64,000 bases of DNA from Betaproteobacteria bacterium (GCA_016868255.1 VGHN01000004.1:39162-103161), one strand, 5' to 3'; counted from the first letter of the stretch, positions 21,322 to 32,256 are shown. A program made the numbers and translations. The notes: generated from the letters alone by a model not told the origin.

Positions 21322-21553
21322 AAATGGCTTGGGGGCGCTTCTAGGAGTTGGCAACGCCTTATTTTATGCTAGGCACAATTTCCACGCAGGCACTGGGCCT
21401 CGCCCAAATCGTGTGGCCATAAAAATAAAAACCTATATTTATCAATTATTTAAAATGTTTCTTTTTGCATACAAGGCCATTGTCCCGCCCAAACCGCTTT
21501 GCTGTGGCAGTTTTGTGACGTCCCCTCCAGCAGGCACCGGCTTTTGTGGAGAA
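21301..21553. promoter_or_regulatory. DnaA-box cluster with IHF consensus site
   Basis: TGTGGATAA 21301-21309 (perfect TTATCCACA on -), TGTGGACAT 21313-21321, TGTGGAGAA 21545-21553; TATCAATTATTTA 21440-21452 matches WATCAANNNNTTR. Confidence 0.6.
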
Positions 21554-21591
21554 GTCCCGCCTCGCAAGCCCCGGAAATACGGAATCTGACC

Positions 21592-22782
21592 GTGTCGGAC
21601 CAAGAGTTTCTGAGCGTTTCCGGGCTGAACCGCCTGGTGAGTCAAAGCCTCGCCATGCAGTTCCCGGCGCTATGGGTTCGGGGGGAAATCGGCCAACTCA
21701 CGCTGGCCGCCAGTGGCCATGCCTATTTAACTCTTAAAGATGTCCATGCCAGTGTCAGGGCCGTGATGTTTCGGCGAGAACTCGCCGCGCTGGGCTTCAT
21801 GCCCAAGGAGGGGGATCAGGTCGAGGTCCAGGCCAGTGTGGGGCTCTATGAGCCGAGAGGCGAGTTTCAACTACGTATTCTGGCCATGCGGCAGGCCGGT
21901 CAAGGAGGCCTCTATGAGCGCTTTCTTCAGCTCAAGGCGCGGTTGGAGGCCGAGGGCCTATTCGATCCTGCCAAGCGCATGGATCGCCCTCAGGCCATTG
22001 CCCGGGTCGGTCTTGTGACCTCCCTGGCGGGTGCCGCCCTTCGAGATTTTCTCGTCACCCTTCGTCGGCAGGCCCCGAGACTTCAGGTCAATGTCTATGC
22101 CTCCCTGGTTCAGGGTCAGGAGGCCCCGAGCACACTCCTCAAGGCTCTGGCAGAGGCCCGAGAGGATGCCCAAAGGGGCCGGATTCAGGCCCTTGCAATG
22201 GTCCGTGGGGGTGGGTCGCTTGAAGACCTCTGGGCCTTCAATGACGAGGCCCTGGTGAGGGCTGTTGCGGCACTGCCCGTCTACGTGGTGAGTGGGGTTG
22301 GGCATGAGACGGACACCACTCTGGTTGATTTTGTCGCCGACCACCGCGCTGCCACGCCCACCGCTGCAGCGGAGTGGCTGGCCCAGGGGGAACTCGAACT
22401 CTTGCAGGCCGTGGATATTCAGATTCGCAACTGGCGGCAGCGCATGCAGGGCCGCCTACAGACTCTGCAGCAGACTGTGGATGTTGCCGCCAGGGGCCTG
22501 CGCAATCCGCGGGAGGTGGCGCGGCTTCGCGAGCAACAACTCCTTCAACTGGCCCGGGCCTGGCGCGCGCAGTCGGGTCGACTCCGCGATCGGTTCGGAG
22601 CGCGGCTTGAGGCGACGCTGGGCCGATTCTCTGGACTTCACCCGCTCTCGGTGCTTTCACGCGGCTATGCAATGGTCGTGGACGAGTCGGGTCGGCCGAT
22701 CGTGAGTGCGGCGCAGAGTCCCCCCGGCGCAGAGGTGGGGCTTCTCTGGTCTGACGGCCGACGAACCGGGCGACTCGACTAG
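21592..22782 (+). CDS. xseA: Exodeoxyribonuclease VII large subunit
   Basis: LWVRGEI...SGHAY, RGGGSLEDLWAFNDE, SGVGHETD, ATPTAAAE, LSRGYA; GTG start estimated. Confidence 0.95.
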   Translation: MSDQEFLSVSGLNRLVSQSLAMQFPALWVRGEIGQLTLAASGHAYLTLKDVHASVRAVMFRRELAALGFMPKEGDQVEVQASVGLYEPRGEFQLRILAMRQAGQGGLYERFLQLKARLEAEGLFDPAKRMDRPQAIARVGLVTSLAGAALRDFLVTLRRQAPRLQVNVYASLVQGQEAPSTLLKALAEAREDAQRGRIQALAMVRGGGSLEDLWAFNDEALVRAVAALPVYVVSGVGHETDTTLVDFVADHRAATPTAAAEWLAQGELELLQAVDIQIRNWRQRMQGRLQTLQQTVDVAARGLRNPREVARLREQQLLQLARAWRAQSGRLRDRFGARLEATLGRFSGLHPLSVLSRGYAMVVDESGRPIVSAAQSPPGAEVGLLWSDGRRTGRLD

Positions 22783-22917
22783 GGCAGCGAGGAAGGGGGA
22801 CGATTTAGGCAGCGACTCAGGCGGCGATTGCACGGCCTCCGATGGGGTTATGGCGGGGGGAGTTCAGATAGCATCCTCCCTTCGCTTGCTTTTAACCCCG
22901 CAATGGAGAGAACAACA

Positions 22918-23496
22918 ATGGAACACGCACTTCCCGCGCTTCCCTACGCCATGGACGCATTGGCGCCCCATATTTCAAAAGAGACCCTCGAGTTTCACTA
23001 TGGCAAGCATCACCAGACCTATGTGACCAACCTCAACAACCTCATCAAGGGCACCGAATTTGAGTCGTCCAGCCTCGAGGACATCGTCAAGCGTTCTTCG
23101 GGTGGGGTCTTCAATAACGCGGCCCAGGTCTGGAACCACACCTTCTACTGGAATGGTCTCTCTCCAAAGGGGGGCGGTCAGCCGAGCGGCGCACTGGCCA
23201 ACGCCATCAATGCCAAGTGGGGAGGTTTTGATGCGTTCAAAGAGGCCTTCACCAAGAGCGCCATTGGCAACTTCGGTTCGGGCTGGACCTGGCTGGTCAA
23301 AAAGGCCGACGGCTCATTGGATATCGTCAACACCAGCAACGCGGCCACGCCACTGACCACCACCGACAAGCCCCTGCTCACCTGCGACGTCTGGGAGCAT
23401 GCCTACTATGTGGATTACCGCAACAAGCGGCCCGACTACATGAATGCCTTCTGGGCCCTGGTGAACTGGGAGTTTGCTTCGACCAACTTTGCCTAA
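22918..23496 (+). CDS. sodB: Fe superoxide dismutase
   Basis: [31 protein letters not shown]. Confidence 0.96.
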   Translation: MEHALPALPYAMDALAPHISKETLEFHYGKHHQTYVTNLNNLIKGTEFESSSLEDIVKRSSGGVFNNAAQVWNHTFYWNGLSPKGGGQPSGALANAINAKWGGFDAFKEAFTKSAIGNFGSGWTWLVKKADGSLDIVNTSNAATPLTTTDKPLLTCDVWEHAYYVDYRNKRPDYMNAFWALVNWEFASTNFA

Positions 23497-23583
23497 AGCA
23501 CTCAAGGAACACGGAGGCAACGGTTAGGGATCGGTTGGGCTAGTGATCGGTCGGTGATCGCTTAGCAATCAATGAGCGATTGA

Positions 23584-24048
23584 TTAGGGCTGCCGCGGTT
23601 GGGGCAGCCCTTTGATTTTTTTACCCGGGCCAATCCCGCGTCGCTCGAACCAGCCTTGCTCCATCTCAAGCGCGTAGAGGGCGGGGCGCATTGCACAGTG
23701 CGGGGTCTCGGTTCTTGGCCGCATGTCGGCCAGGTTGATGACTTCCCCGCCCGCATCAATAAACGCAACTGTTAATGGCAGGGGCGTGTTCTTCATCCAC
23801 ATGCAGATGCGCTCGGGCCGCTCGAAGACAAAGACCATGCCGCTGTCGGGCGCCAGGGACTCGCGGTACATAAGTCCCCGTGCCCTCTGATCGGGCTCGG
23901 CCGCGACCTCCGCACTGATTCTGAAGGCCCCTATTTGCAGGGAAATGGGCCCGGTCGAATCGGCCGCAACGCCGCCCCTGCCCGCGGCCATGGACTGGCC
24001 AAGGCCCAGACCAAGGGCCAACGAGGCGGCCAGGAGGGCTCTCACCAT
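23584..24048 (-). CDS. DUF192 family exported protein
   Basis: Signal-like N-terminus; [11 protein letters not shown]...GMVFVF...[13 protein letters not shown]...ALEM; start uncertain (24048 or 24141). Confidence 0.85.
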   Translation of the reverse strand: MVRALLAASLALGLGLGQSMAAGRGGVAADSTGPISLQIGAFRISAEVAAEPDQRARGLMYRESLAPDSGMVFVFERPERICMWMKNTPLPLTVAFIDAGGEVINLADMRPRTETPHCAMRPALYALEMEQGWFERRGIGPGKKIKGLPQPRQP

Positions 24049-24228
24049 TGCTTTGGCCTGCCGGCCGGACAGACCCGCCCAAATGCTGCTGGCGTCTGTA
24101 TCAGAGGCGATTCGAGGCGAGGGAAATTTGATCAACATCAAGAGCTGGCTCGATTATTAGAAAGGGAAGTTTCCTGGGGGCGCTTGACCGTAGAATATCT
24201 TCACAGAAAAAATTCTTCGGAGATTGTC

Positions 24229-25482
24229 ATGTCGAGCAAAGTTGTCGTCCCCAGCGTCGGAGAGAAAATCACGGTCAATGCCGACCATTCGCTGAACGTT
24301 CCCGATCAGCCCATCATTCCCTATATCGAGGGCGATGGCACTGGGGTGGATATCTCCCCGGTCATGATTAAGGTCGTGGATGCGGCCGTGGCCAAGGCCT
24401 ACGGCGGCAAGCGAAAAATTGCTTGGATGGAGATTTTCTGCGGTGAGAAATCCACCCGCTTCTATGGGCCCGACGTCTGGCTGCCCGATGAGACCCTCTC
24501 GCTGCTCAAGGACTATGTGGTCTCTATCAAGGGCCCCCTCACCACACCCGTGGGCGGCGGTATTCGGTCGCTGAACGTGGCGCTGCGCCAGCAACTCGAC
24601 CTCTACGTCTGCCTGCGGCCTGTGCGCTACTTCAAAGGCGTTCCCAGTCCCCTCAAGGAGCCCGAGAAGACCGACATGGTGATCTTCCGTGAGAACTCCG
24701 AGGACATCTATGCAGGCATTGAGTACGCGGCCGACTCTGCAGAGGCGAAGAAGCTCATCGACATCCTCATCAAAGACTTCGGTGTCAAGAAGATCCGCTT
24801 CCCGGGAACCTCGGGCATTGGCATCAAGCCCGTCTCGAAAGAGGGCACCGAGCGGCTCGTGCGCAAGGCCATGCAATACGCCATCGACAACGACAAGCCC
24901 TCGGTCACGCTGGTGCACAAGGGCAACATCATGAAGTTCACCGAAGGAGGCTTTCGCGATTGGGGCTACGCCCTGGCACAGAATGAATTCGGGGCCAAGC
25001 CCATCGACGGCGGCCCCTGGTGCAGCTTTAAGAATCCCAAGACAGGCAACACCATCACAGTGAAGGACTCCATTGCCGATGCCTTCCTTCAGCAGATCCT
25101 TCTGCGACCCAACGAGTACGATGTGATTGCCACCCTCAACCTCAACGGCGACTACATCTCGGATGCCCTGGCCGCTCAGGTGGGCGGCATCGGCATTGCC
25201 CCGGGGGCGAACATGTCTGATACGGTGGCCATGTTCGAGGCTACCCACGGCACCGCGCCCAAGTACGCGGGAAAAGACTATGTCAATCCTGGGTCGCTCA
25301 TCCTCTCGGCCGAGATGATGCTTCGTCACATGGGTTGGACCGAGGCGGCCGACCTCATCATCTCCTCGATGGAGCGCTCAATCACCAGCAAGAAAGTCAC
25401 TTACGACTTTGCTCGGTTAATGGACGGGGCCACCCAGGTCTCTTGCTCGGGTTTTGGCGATGTCATGATCGCCCATATGTAA
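24229..25482 (+). CDS. icd: NADP-dependent isocitrate dehydrogenase
   Basis: [58 protein letters not shown]. Confidence 0.97.
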   Translation: MSSKVVVPSVGEKITVNADHSLNVPDQPIIPYIEGDGTGVDISPVMIKVVDAAVAKAYGGKRKIAWMEIFCGEKSTRFYGPDVWLPDETLSLLKDYVVSIKGPLTTPVGGGIRSLNVALRQQLDLYVCLRPVRYFKGVPSPLKEPEKTDMVIFRENSEDIYAGIEYAADSAEAKKLIDILIKDFGVKKIRFPGTSGIGIKPVSKEGTERLVRKAMQYAIDNDKPSVTLVHKGNIMKFTEGGFRDWGYALAQNEFGAKPIDGGPWCSFKNPKTGNTITVKDSIADAFLQQILLRPNEYDVIATLNLNGDYISDALAAQVGGIGIAPGANMSDTVAMFEATHGTAPKYAGKDYVNPGSLILSAEMMLRHMGWTEAADLIISSMERSITSKKVTYDFARLMDGATQVSCSGFGDVMIAHM

Positions 25483-25500
25483 GAAGGCCTCGCCAGAGAG

Positions 25501-25535
25501 AAAAAAGCCCCAGGCATTTCTGCCGGGGCTTCTTT
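25501..25535. terminator. Probable bidirectional intrinsic terminator between icd and csp
   Basis: AAAAAAGCCCCAGGCA-TTTC-TGCCGGGGCTTCTTT hairpin with A- and T-rich flanks. Confidence 0.75.
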
Positions 25536-25582
25536 ATGGGCCGGTGGCGCTGTTTGCGCCCGACCCAACGTTCAGAAGGGGT

Positions 25583-25789
25583 TTAGCCCTGGGGAACGAT
25601 ATTCGATGCCTGCTTGCCTTTGGGGCCTTGAATGATGTCGAACTGAACCTTTTGGCCCTCTTTCAGCGAACGAAACCCATTGGTCTGGATTGCGGAGAAG
25701 TGTGCGAAAACATCCTCGCCACCTTCATCGGGGGTGATAAAACCAAAACCCTTGGCGTCGTTGAACCACTTGACTGTACCTGTAGACAT
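25583..25789 (-). CDS. Cold-shock domain protein (CspD-type position, divergent from clpS)
   Basis: [19 protein letters not shown]...VFAHFSAI. Confidence 0.95.
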   Translation of the reverse strand: MSTGTVKWFNDAKGFGFITPDEGGEDVFAHFSAIQTNGFRSLKEGQKVQFDIIQGPKGKQASNIVPQG

Positions 25790-25930
25790 TCCTGCGTACC
25801 TACCTTTTTCAAAAAAACAATAAACCGCACGTCAAGAGGACATCCCTGCCATGCGAAGCGCAATACCACATCTCAATATATTCCTTGCCGAAGGGTTTGT
25901 CTACACCGGAATCGATCTAAACTAGGGCCC

Positions 25931-26257
25931 ATGCCGAACCAACTTCCTGCCCTCCCTGGCGATGGCGGTGCGCCAGTCCTGGAGAAGGCGCCAGCCAAAG
26001 TTGCTCCGCCGCCACGTTTTACCGTCTGGCTCCTCAACGATGATTTCACCCCGATGGAATTTGTGGTCATCGTTCTGCAAAAATTCTTCTCAATGGACCG
26101 CGAACAGGCCACCCAGGTCATGCTTCGAGTGCATCGTGAGGGACGCGGCGTCTGCGGCGTCTACCCACGGGAACTCGCTGAGACTAAAGTAGAGCAGGTC
26201 AACGGTTTTTCCCGGGTGCACCAGCACCCCCTGCAGTGCGTCATGGAGGAAGCATGA
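25931..26257 (+). CDS. clpS: ClpS adaptor
   Basis: [13 protein letters not shown]...[17 protein letters not shown]...AETKV...HPL. Confidence 0.95.
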   Translation: MPNQLPALPGDGGAPVLEKAPAKVAPPPRFTVWLLNDDFTPMEFVVIVLQKFFSMDREQATQVMLRVHREGRGVCGVYPRELAETKVEQVNGFSRVHQHPLQCVMEEA

Positions 26258-28584
26258 TTTCGCAAGAACTGGAAGTGAGTCTCCATATGGCCTTCGTCGA
26301 GGCCCGGCAGCAACGACACGAGTTCATCACCGTTGAACACCTGCTCCTGGCCCTGCTCGACAACCCCTCCGCGGCCGAGATCCTCCGGGCTTGCGCCGTC
26401 GACATGGACGCCCTGCGCAAGTCTCTGCTCACGCACATCAGTGACAACACGCCGGTGATTCAAGGCACCGACGATGTCGATACCCAGCCCACCTTGGGCT
26501 TTCAGCGCGTCATTCAGCGGGCGATCATGCATGTCCAGTCCACTTCCAACGGCAAGAAAGAGGTGACCGGCGCCAATGTGCTCGTGGCCATCTTCGGTGA
26601 AAAGGACTCCCACGCCGTGTACTTCTTGCACCAGCAGGGTGTCACCCGACTCGATGTTGTCAACTTCATTGCCCATGGCATCACCAAGGCGGGTCAGACA
26701 CCACCCACCGGCGCCGAAGAGCCCGCAGTGGAGACCCCCGATGGCGCCCCGGCCGCCGCCGGCGGCCAGCAGCAGACGCCCCTCGATCAGTACACCCAGA
26801 ATCTGAATAAGCTCGCTCTCGACGGCAAGATCGACCCCCTCATTGGCCGCGAGCACGAGGTCGAGCGAGTGGTCCAGGTGCTCTGCCGCCGCCGCAAGAA
26901 CAACCCCCTGTTGGTGGGTGAGGCCGGTGTGGGCAAGACCGCCATTGCCGAGGGCCTGGCCTGGCGCATCACCGAAAAGCAGGTGCCCGACATCCTCGAG
27001 AACGCCACCGTTTACTCCTTGGATATGGGTGCGTTGCTCGCCGGCACCAAATACCGGGGTGATTTTGAGCAGCGCCTAAAGGCCGTGTTGAAGCAGCTCA
27101 AGGCCGACGAGAACGCCGTGCTCTTTATTGATGAGATTCACACGCTCATTGGGGCGGGTTCGGCCTCGGGCGGTACGCTCGATGCCAGCAATCTCCTCAA
27201 GCCCGGCCTGTCATCGGGCAGCCTACGTTGCATTGGGGCCACCACATACAACGAGTACCGGGGCATTTTCGAGAAAGACCATGCCCTCTCGCGCCGCTTC
27301 CAGAAGATCGATGTCAACGAGCCCTCGGTCGACCAGACCATTCAAATCCTCAAGGGTTTGAAGTCTCGTTTTGAAGAGCACCATGGCGTGAAGTACCAGG
27401 CGGGGGCACTCACTGCAGCCGCAGAGCTCTCTGCCCGCTACATCAACGATCGCCACCTTCCGGACAAGGCCATCGATGTCATCGATGAGGCCGGTGCGGC
27501 CCAGCGCATTCTTCCCAAGAGCAAGCAAAAGCGCACCATTGGCAAGGCCGAAATCGAGGACATCGTCTCGAAGATTGCTCGCATTCCGCCCCAGACCGTC
27601 AACACCGACGACCGGCAGATACTGGCCAAGCTCGATCGAAACCTCAAGAACGTGGTCTTCGGCCAAGACCCGGCCATCGATGCGCTCACGGCCGCTATCA
27701 AAATGGCCCGCTCTGGCCTGGGCAAGTCCGACAAACCGATTGGCGCCTTCCTGCTCAGCGGCCCAACGGGTGTCGGCAAGACCGAGGTGGCCAAGCAACT
27801 CGCCTTCCTGCTTGGCATTGAACTCATTCGCTTTGACATGTCGGAGTACATGGAGCGACATGCGGTCTCGCGTCTTATTGGGGCGCCCCCGGGCTATGTG
27901 GGCTTCGACCAAGGCGGGCTACTCACCGAGGCGGTCCACAAGAAGCCGCATTCGGTTTTGCTCCTCGATGAGATCGAGAAGGCCCATCCCGAGATCTTCA
28001 ACATCTTGTTGCAGGTCATGGACCACGGTACGCTCACCGACAACAACGGCCGCAAGTCGGACTTCCGCAATGTCATTCTCATCATGACCACCAATGCCGG
28101 CGCAGAGCTTCTGGGCAAGCGTTCTATTGGCTTCTCCAATCCTCGTCAGCAGGGCGACGAAATGGAAGAGATCAAGCGTGTCTTCACGCCCGAGTTCCGC
28201 AATCGCCTCGACGCAACCATCTCCTTCCGCTCGCTCGATGAAGAAATCATTCTTCGCGTGGTCGACAAGTTCCTCATCGAGCTCGAGTCCCAACTCCAAG
28301 AGAAGAAGGTCGAGGCGTCCTTCAGCGAGAATTTGCGCAAGTACCTGGCCAAGAAGGGCTTCGACCCGGCCATGGGCGCGCGGCCCATGCAACGAATCAT
28401 CCAAGAGAAAATTCGCAAGGCACTCGCAGATGAACTCTTGTTTGGACGTCTTGCCAACGGAGGCCGTGTTGACATCGATCTGGCCGACGATGGAGAGACC
28501 GTGGAGCTTCAGTTCCTGCCCAACGAGGCAGGCGCAAAGCGGCCGCCCGAGCAGCCACTCGAGGAAGAGGCAGAGGCCTCATAG
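26254..28584 (+). CDS. clpA: ClpA ATPase
   Basis: Two AAA+ modules ([16 protein letters not shown]), GAPPGYVG; ATGA overlap with clpS. Confidence 0.97.
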   Translation: MISQELEVSLHMAFVEARQQRHEFITVEHLLLALLDNPSAAEILRACAVDMDALRKSLLTHISDNTPVIQGTDDVDTQPTLGFQRVIQRAIMHVQSTSNGKKEVTGANVLVAIFGEKDSHAVYFLHQQGVTRLDVVNFIAHGITKAGQTPPTGAEEPAVETPDGAPAAAGGQQQTPLDQYTQNLNKLALDGKIDPLIGREHEVERVVQVLCRRRKNNPLLVGEAGVGKTAIAEGLAWRITEKQVPDILENATVYSLDMGALLAGTKYRGDFEQRLKAVLKQLKADENAVLFIDEIHTLIGAGSASGGTLDASNLLKPGLSSGSLRCIGATTYNEYRGIFEKDHALSRRFQKIDVNEPSVDQTIQILKGLKSRFEEHHGVKYQAGALTAAAELSARYINDRHLPDKAIDVIDEAGAAQRILPKSKQKRTIGKAEIEDIVSKIARIPPQTVNTDDRQILAKLDRNLKNVVFGQDPAIDALTAAIKMARSGLGKSDKPIGAFLLSGPTGVGKTEVAKQLAFLLGIELIRFDMSEYMERHAVSRLIGAPPGYVGFDQGGLLTEAVHKKPHSVLLLDEIEKAHPEIFNILLQVMDHGTLTDNNGRKSDFRNVILIMTTNAGAELLGKRSIGFSNPRQQGDEMEEIKRVFTPEFRNRLDATISFRSLDEEIILRVVDKFLIELESQLQEKKVEASFSENLRKYLAKKGFDPAMGARPMQRIIQEKIRKALADELLFGRLANGGRVDIDLADDGETVELQFLPNEAGAKRPPEQPLEEEAEAS

Positions 28585-28692
28585 ACCTCGGCTAGGGTTT
28601 TCCTTGAGCGAAAAGTGTCCGTTTGCGCTTGCAGATTGCGCTGTTTCCCGGAAACTACACATACAGATAGATACATAAGGAGAGGAGACTTC

Positions 28693-28998
28693 ATGTCTAT
28701 TCGTCAGATTGCGGCTGCAGCCGCTTTAGTTGCTTTTGCGGGGGCTGCTCAGGCCACCGATCTTTCCAAGATTCGTTACATGGCTGCCAATTGCGCCAAC
28801 TGCCACGGAACCGATGGGAAGGCGGTGGGTGCTGGCGCCCTCTCCATTGCCGGCTGGGAGCGCGGCCGTTTTATCGAGACCATGACGGCCTACAAGAATG
28901 GCACCCGTGCCGCCACCCTGATGCACCAGATCTCCAAGGGCTACAGCGATGAGCAAATCGCGCAGCTGGCCGATTACTTCGCTGCGCAGAAGAAGTAA
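28693..28998 (+). CDS. fccA: Monoheme cytochrome c subunit of flavocytochrome c sulfide dehydrogenase
   Basis: Sec signal, single CANCH, Met ligand in ATLMHQI; directly upstream of fccB. Confidence 0.82.
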   Translation: MSIRQIAAAAALVAFAGAAQATDLSKIRYMAANCANCHGTDGKAVGAGALSIAGWERGRFIETMTAYKNGTRAATLMHQISKGYSDEQIAQLADYFAAQKK

Positions 28999-29065
28999 TC
29001 CTCAAGGGTCCACGGTCGTCGGCAGCATTGCAGACACACACACGAATTCAGTTCAGGGAGACATC

Positions 29066-30370
29066 ATGAGTCAATCGAATCAGGGCCGTCGCGGCCTTCT
29101 CAAAGCAGGCGCAGGCGCGGCCGTCCTTGGCGGAGCAGGGCTCCTCACAGGCTGCGAAACCACCCAAGGCTTCGGTGCATCACAAAAGAAACTCGGCCGG
29201 GTCATCGTCATCGGCGGTGGCTATGGAGGTGCAACTGCAGCGAAGTACCTCAGCCACTGGAGTGGCGGTGCCATCGAGGTGGTGCTCATCGAGCGCGAGA
29301 GGGAGTTTTATTCCTGCCCCATCTCCAACCTGGTGCTGGGTGGGTCTGTGAAGATGGACTACATCAAGCGCGACTACCGTGGGCTGCGCGAGCGCGGCAT
29401 TCTGGTTCTGAATGACGAAGTCACCAAGATCGATCCCGTCAACCAGAAGGTCTCGATGAAAAAGATTGCCGACATGAAGTACGACCGCCTCGTTGTATCG
29501 CCGGGCATCGACTTCAACTTTGGCGCCATCAAGGGCCTCGATGCGGAAGCCCAGAAGACGGTTCTCCACTCGTGGAAGGCCGGTGCACAGACTATTGCGC
29601 TGAGAGCTCAGCTCGAGGCCATGAAGGATGGCGGCACCTACATCCTTACCATTCCCAAGGCACCCTATCGCTGCCCCCCAGGCCCCTACGAGCGCGCCTG
29701 CCAGGTGGCCAGCTACTTCAAGCAGGCCAAGCCCAAGAGCAAGGTTCTTGTCCTCGATGCCAACCCCGATGTGCAGTCCAAGAAGGGCCTCTTCATGAAG
29801 GCCTGGACGGAACTCTACGGTGGAATCATCACCTATACGCCGAACATGGTCGTCAATGAAATCGATATGAAGAGCCGCACACTCATCACCGAGGTCGGCG
29901 ACAAGGTCAAGGGCGATGTCATCAACATCATTCCGCCCAACCAGGCCGGTGATCTCGCCAGGGGAGCAGGTCTGGTCAATGCGAACAACCTCTGGTGCGG
30001 CGTCGATTGGATGACCATGGAGTCCACAGCATTCAAGAACATCCATGTTCTGGGCGATGCCACGCTCTCGGCGCCTGCCATGCCGAAGTCCGGCCACATG
30101 GCCAACCAGCATGGCAAGACGGCCGCCGCCGCCATTATTGAAATCATGAATGGCCGCGCCCCCGTTGCGCCGATGATGGCCAATACCTGCTACAGCTTCG
30201 TGGACTCCGCCAATGTGGTCCACGTCGCCAGTGTCCACACCTTCGACAAAGAGAAGAAGACCATGGTCACGGTTGCAGGTTCGGGTGGCCTCTCCACTGT
30301 TGCCAACGAGGTGGAGGGCAAGCATGCCTTGAACTGGGCGCAGAACATCTGGGCCGACATGCTCACCTAA
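29066..30370 (+). CDS. fccB: Flavocytochrome c sulfide dehydrogenase flavoprotein (FccB/SoxF)
   Basis: Tat RR signal, GGGYGG, SCPISN, YRCPPGPYERA, MPKSG, NTCYS. Confidence 0.9.
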   Translation: MSQSNQGRRGLLKAGAGAAVLGGAGLLTGCETTQGFGASQKKLGRVIVIGGGYGGATAAKYLSHWSGGAIEVVLIEREREFYSCPISNLVLGGSVKMDYIKRDYRGLRERGILVLNDEVTKIDPVNQKVSMKKIADMKYDRLVVSPGIDFNFGAIKGLDAEAQKTVLHSWKAGAQTIALRAQLEAMKDGGTYILTIPKAPYRCPPGPYERACQVASYFKQAKPKSKVLVLDANPDVQSKKGLFMKAWTELYGGIITYTPNMVVNEIDMKSRTLITEVGDKVKGDVINIIPPNQAGDLARGAGLVNANNLWCGVDWMTMESTAFKNIHVLGDATLSAPAMPKSGHMANQHGKTAAAAIIEIMNGRAPVAPMMANTCYSFVDSANVVHVASVHTFDKEKKTMVTVAGSGGLSTVANEVEGKHALNWAQNIWADMLT

Positions 30371-30390
30371 GGCTGTTTTCACCCAAAATC

Positions 30391-30424
30391 GGGCATGATG
30401 GGGCAACCCTTCATGCCCTTTTTT
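30391..30424 (+). terminator. Intrinsic terminator after fccB
   Basis: GGGCATGA...TCATGCCC stem followed by T-run. Confidence 0.8.
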
Positions 30425-30455
30425 GTTTTTCCCTACAGTCGAACTCTTTGATGCA

Positions 30456-31385
30456 ATGAACGCACTTGAAGCGCTCCGAGAACACTCGGTGGTCGTGGCC
30501 GATACGGGTGACTTCACCCGAATGGCCAGCTTCGCCCCGCGGGACGCCACCACCAACCCAAGCCTTATTCTGAAGGCCCTGGCCCAGCCCGCGGGGGCCA
30601 GTCTCTATTCGCAGATTGTCTCTGGCCACCATGGCTCGCCCCACGAGCGAATGCTCGACCTGCTGGTGGCATTTGGGATCGAGATCCTTTGTGTCATTCC
30701 AGGCCGCGTCTCGACCGAGGTCGATGCGCGGCTCTCTTTTGATACCAAGGCCACCATTGATCAGGCGCTGTCGATCATGGAGCGCTATGCGGCGGCTGGT
30801 GTTGAGGCCAGCCGGGTGCTTGTTAAGGTCGCCGCCACATGGGAAGGCATTCGTGCAGCAGAGAAACTCGAACTCCGCGGCATTCATTGCAACCTCACGC
30901 TCTTGTTCTCCATGCCGCAGGCACGTGCCTGTGCCGATGCAGGTGTGACGCTGATTTCCCCCTTTGTGGGGCGCATTACCGACTGGCACAAGGCCAAGGG
31001 CGAGACTTGGGAGTCCGTGCAGGATGACCCCGGTGTTCGCTCGGTGCAAGAAATCTTTTCCGACTACAATCACCGCGGCGTCAAGACAGAGGTCATGGGC
31101 GCGAGCTTTCGCACCCCCGAGCAGGTGCTTGCCCTGGCGGGCTGCGATTTGCTCACGGTCAGCCCCGAGATTCTCTCGCAACTCCAAGCGATGCCGGTGC
31201 CTGCAGACTTTGCGCCCATGCGGGCCGAGGCTGCCCCGGCGAGGGAGAGTAACGGCAAGCCCATGACCGAGCCCGACTTCCGCTACGGCCTCAACGACTC
31301 CGCCATGGCCACTGAAAAACTGGCCGATGGCATTCGATTGTTTGCCAAGGACGGTCAGGCACTTCTCGATCGCCTGGCCCAATAG
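30456..31385 (+). CDS. tal: Transaldolase
   Basis: VVADTGD, DATTNPSLIL, GRVSTEVDARLSFD, CNLTLLFS, ISPFVGRI, MGASFR. Confidence 0.95.
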   Translation: MNALEALREHSVVVADTGDFTRMASFAPRDATTNPSLILKALAQPAGASLYSQIVSGHHGSPHERMLDLLVAFGIEILCVIPGRVSTEVDARLSFDTKATIDQALSIMERYAAAGVEASRVLVKVAATWEGIRAAEKLELRGIHCNLTLLFSMPQARACADAGVTLISPFVGRITDWHKAKGETWESVQDDPGVRSVQEIFSDYNHRGVKTEVMGASFRTPEQVLALAGCDLLTVSPEILSQLQAMPVPADFAPMRAEAAPARESNGKPMTEPDFRYGLNDSAMATEKLADGIRLFAKDGQALLDRLAQ

Positions 31386-31412
31386 GCCGAGGGAGCCGAG
31401 GGAGCCGAGGGC
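31386..31412. repeat. 9-bp tandem repeat GCCGAGGGA x3 (last copy imperfect)
   Basis: Units at 31386, 31395, 31404, directly after tal stop. Confidence 0.75.
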
Positions 31413-31474
31413 CACGAACGCTTCTTTCCTCTCACCGTTTCACCCAATCAATCGAACACTTCAAGGAGATCTCA

Positions 31475-31771
31475 ATGGCCAAGGGCTATGTCATCGGACA
31501 CCTCAATATCCACAACCCCGAGGGCTACCAAGCCTACGCAGCACAGGTTCCACCCTCGCTCACGCCCTTTGGTGGTCGATTCATTGTGCGTGGTGGTGCA
31601 GTCCATGTATTCGATGGAGAGCCAATTGGCCCGCGCAATGTCGTCATTGAGTTCCCCAGCGTGCAGGCCGCAAAGGATTGGTACGCATCGCCCGCCTATC
31701 AGGCCATTGTCGGTGGCCGTACTCAGAACGCGAAGGGCTACCTGATGGTGGTCGAGGGCTTTGAGGCCTAG
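31475..31771 (+). CDS. DUF1330 family protein
   Basis: FGGRFIVRGG...VVIEFPS..AAKDWYASPAYQ; SD AAGGAG. Confidence 0.88.
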   Translation: MAKGYVIGHLNIHNPEGYQAYAAQVPPSLTPFGGRFIVRGGAVHVFDGEPIGPRNVVIEFPSVQAAKDWYASPAYQAIVGGRTQNAKGYLMVVEGFEA

Positions 31772-31809
31772 TGCTTAGATCCCGGTAATTAGATCGCAGC
31801 GCCCAGACC

Positions 31810-32256
31810 CTAGCGGCCGGTGCTTCCAAAACCGCCCTGGCCGCGCTGGCTCGATTCGAAGGCATCTACCACTTCAAAGCGTGCCTGCACCACAGGAACA
31901 ATGACCAACTGCGCCAGCCGCTCCATGGGCTCAATCGTGAAGGCCGACTGTCCGCGGTTCCAAGCCGACACCATCAGGGGGCCCTGGTAGTCGGCATCAA
32001 TGAGTCCTACCAGGTTGCCCAGCACAATACCGTGCTTGTGGCCCAGACCACTGCGGGGAAGGATGAGTCCGGCGAACCCCGGATCGGCAATGTAGATCGA
32101 CAGGCCCGTCGGGATCAGTTCTGTCTGACCTGGCTGCAAGACCAGCGCAGATTCCAGTGCGGCCCGAAGGTCGAGTCCTGCCGAGCCGGGCGTGGCATAA
32201 CTGGGCAGGCCGCCTCGAAGGCGTTCATCAAGAATGCGCACGGCAATCGGCATCAA
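31810..32256 (-). CDS. dut: dUTPase
   Basis: [32 protein letters not shown]. Confidence 0.96.
   Translation of the reverse strand: MMPIAVRILDERLRGGLPSYATPGSAGLDLRAALESALVLQPGQTELIPTGLSIYIADPGFAGLILPRSGLGHKHGIVLGNLVGLIDADYQGPLMVSAWNRGQSAFTIEPMERLAQLVIVPVVQARFEVVDAFESSQRGQGGFGSTGR

Noticed and set aside
21350-21375. dif-like sequence (CGCCTTA...TTATGCTAGG)
   Set aside because: Arms match XerC/XerD sites poorly and the 6-bp central spacer is missing
23520-23585. Repeated GATCGG/GATCG motifs and an ATCGCT...AGCGAT hairpin between sodB and the DUF192 gene
   Set aside because: Too short and irregular for CRISPR or REP; at most a weak terminator between convergent genes
24157-25329. 390-aa antisense ORF over icd (likewise 29180-30556 over fccB, 30411-31415 over tal, 35358-36494 over ileS, 55869-56951 over hrpA)
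   Set aside because: Shadow ORFs expected from high GC and codon bias on the opposite strand of conserved genes; no motifs
31386-31412. 9-bp x3 repeat after tal as a functional element
   Set aside because: Simple slippage repeat with no spacers and no other copies noticed
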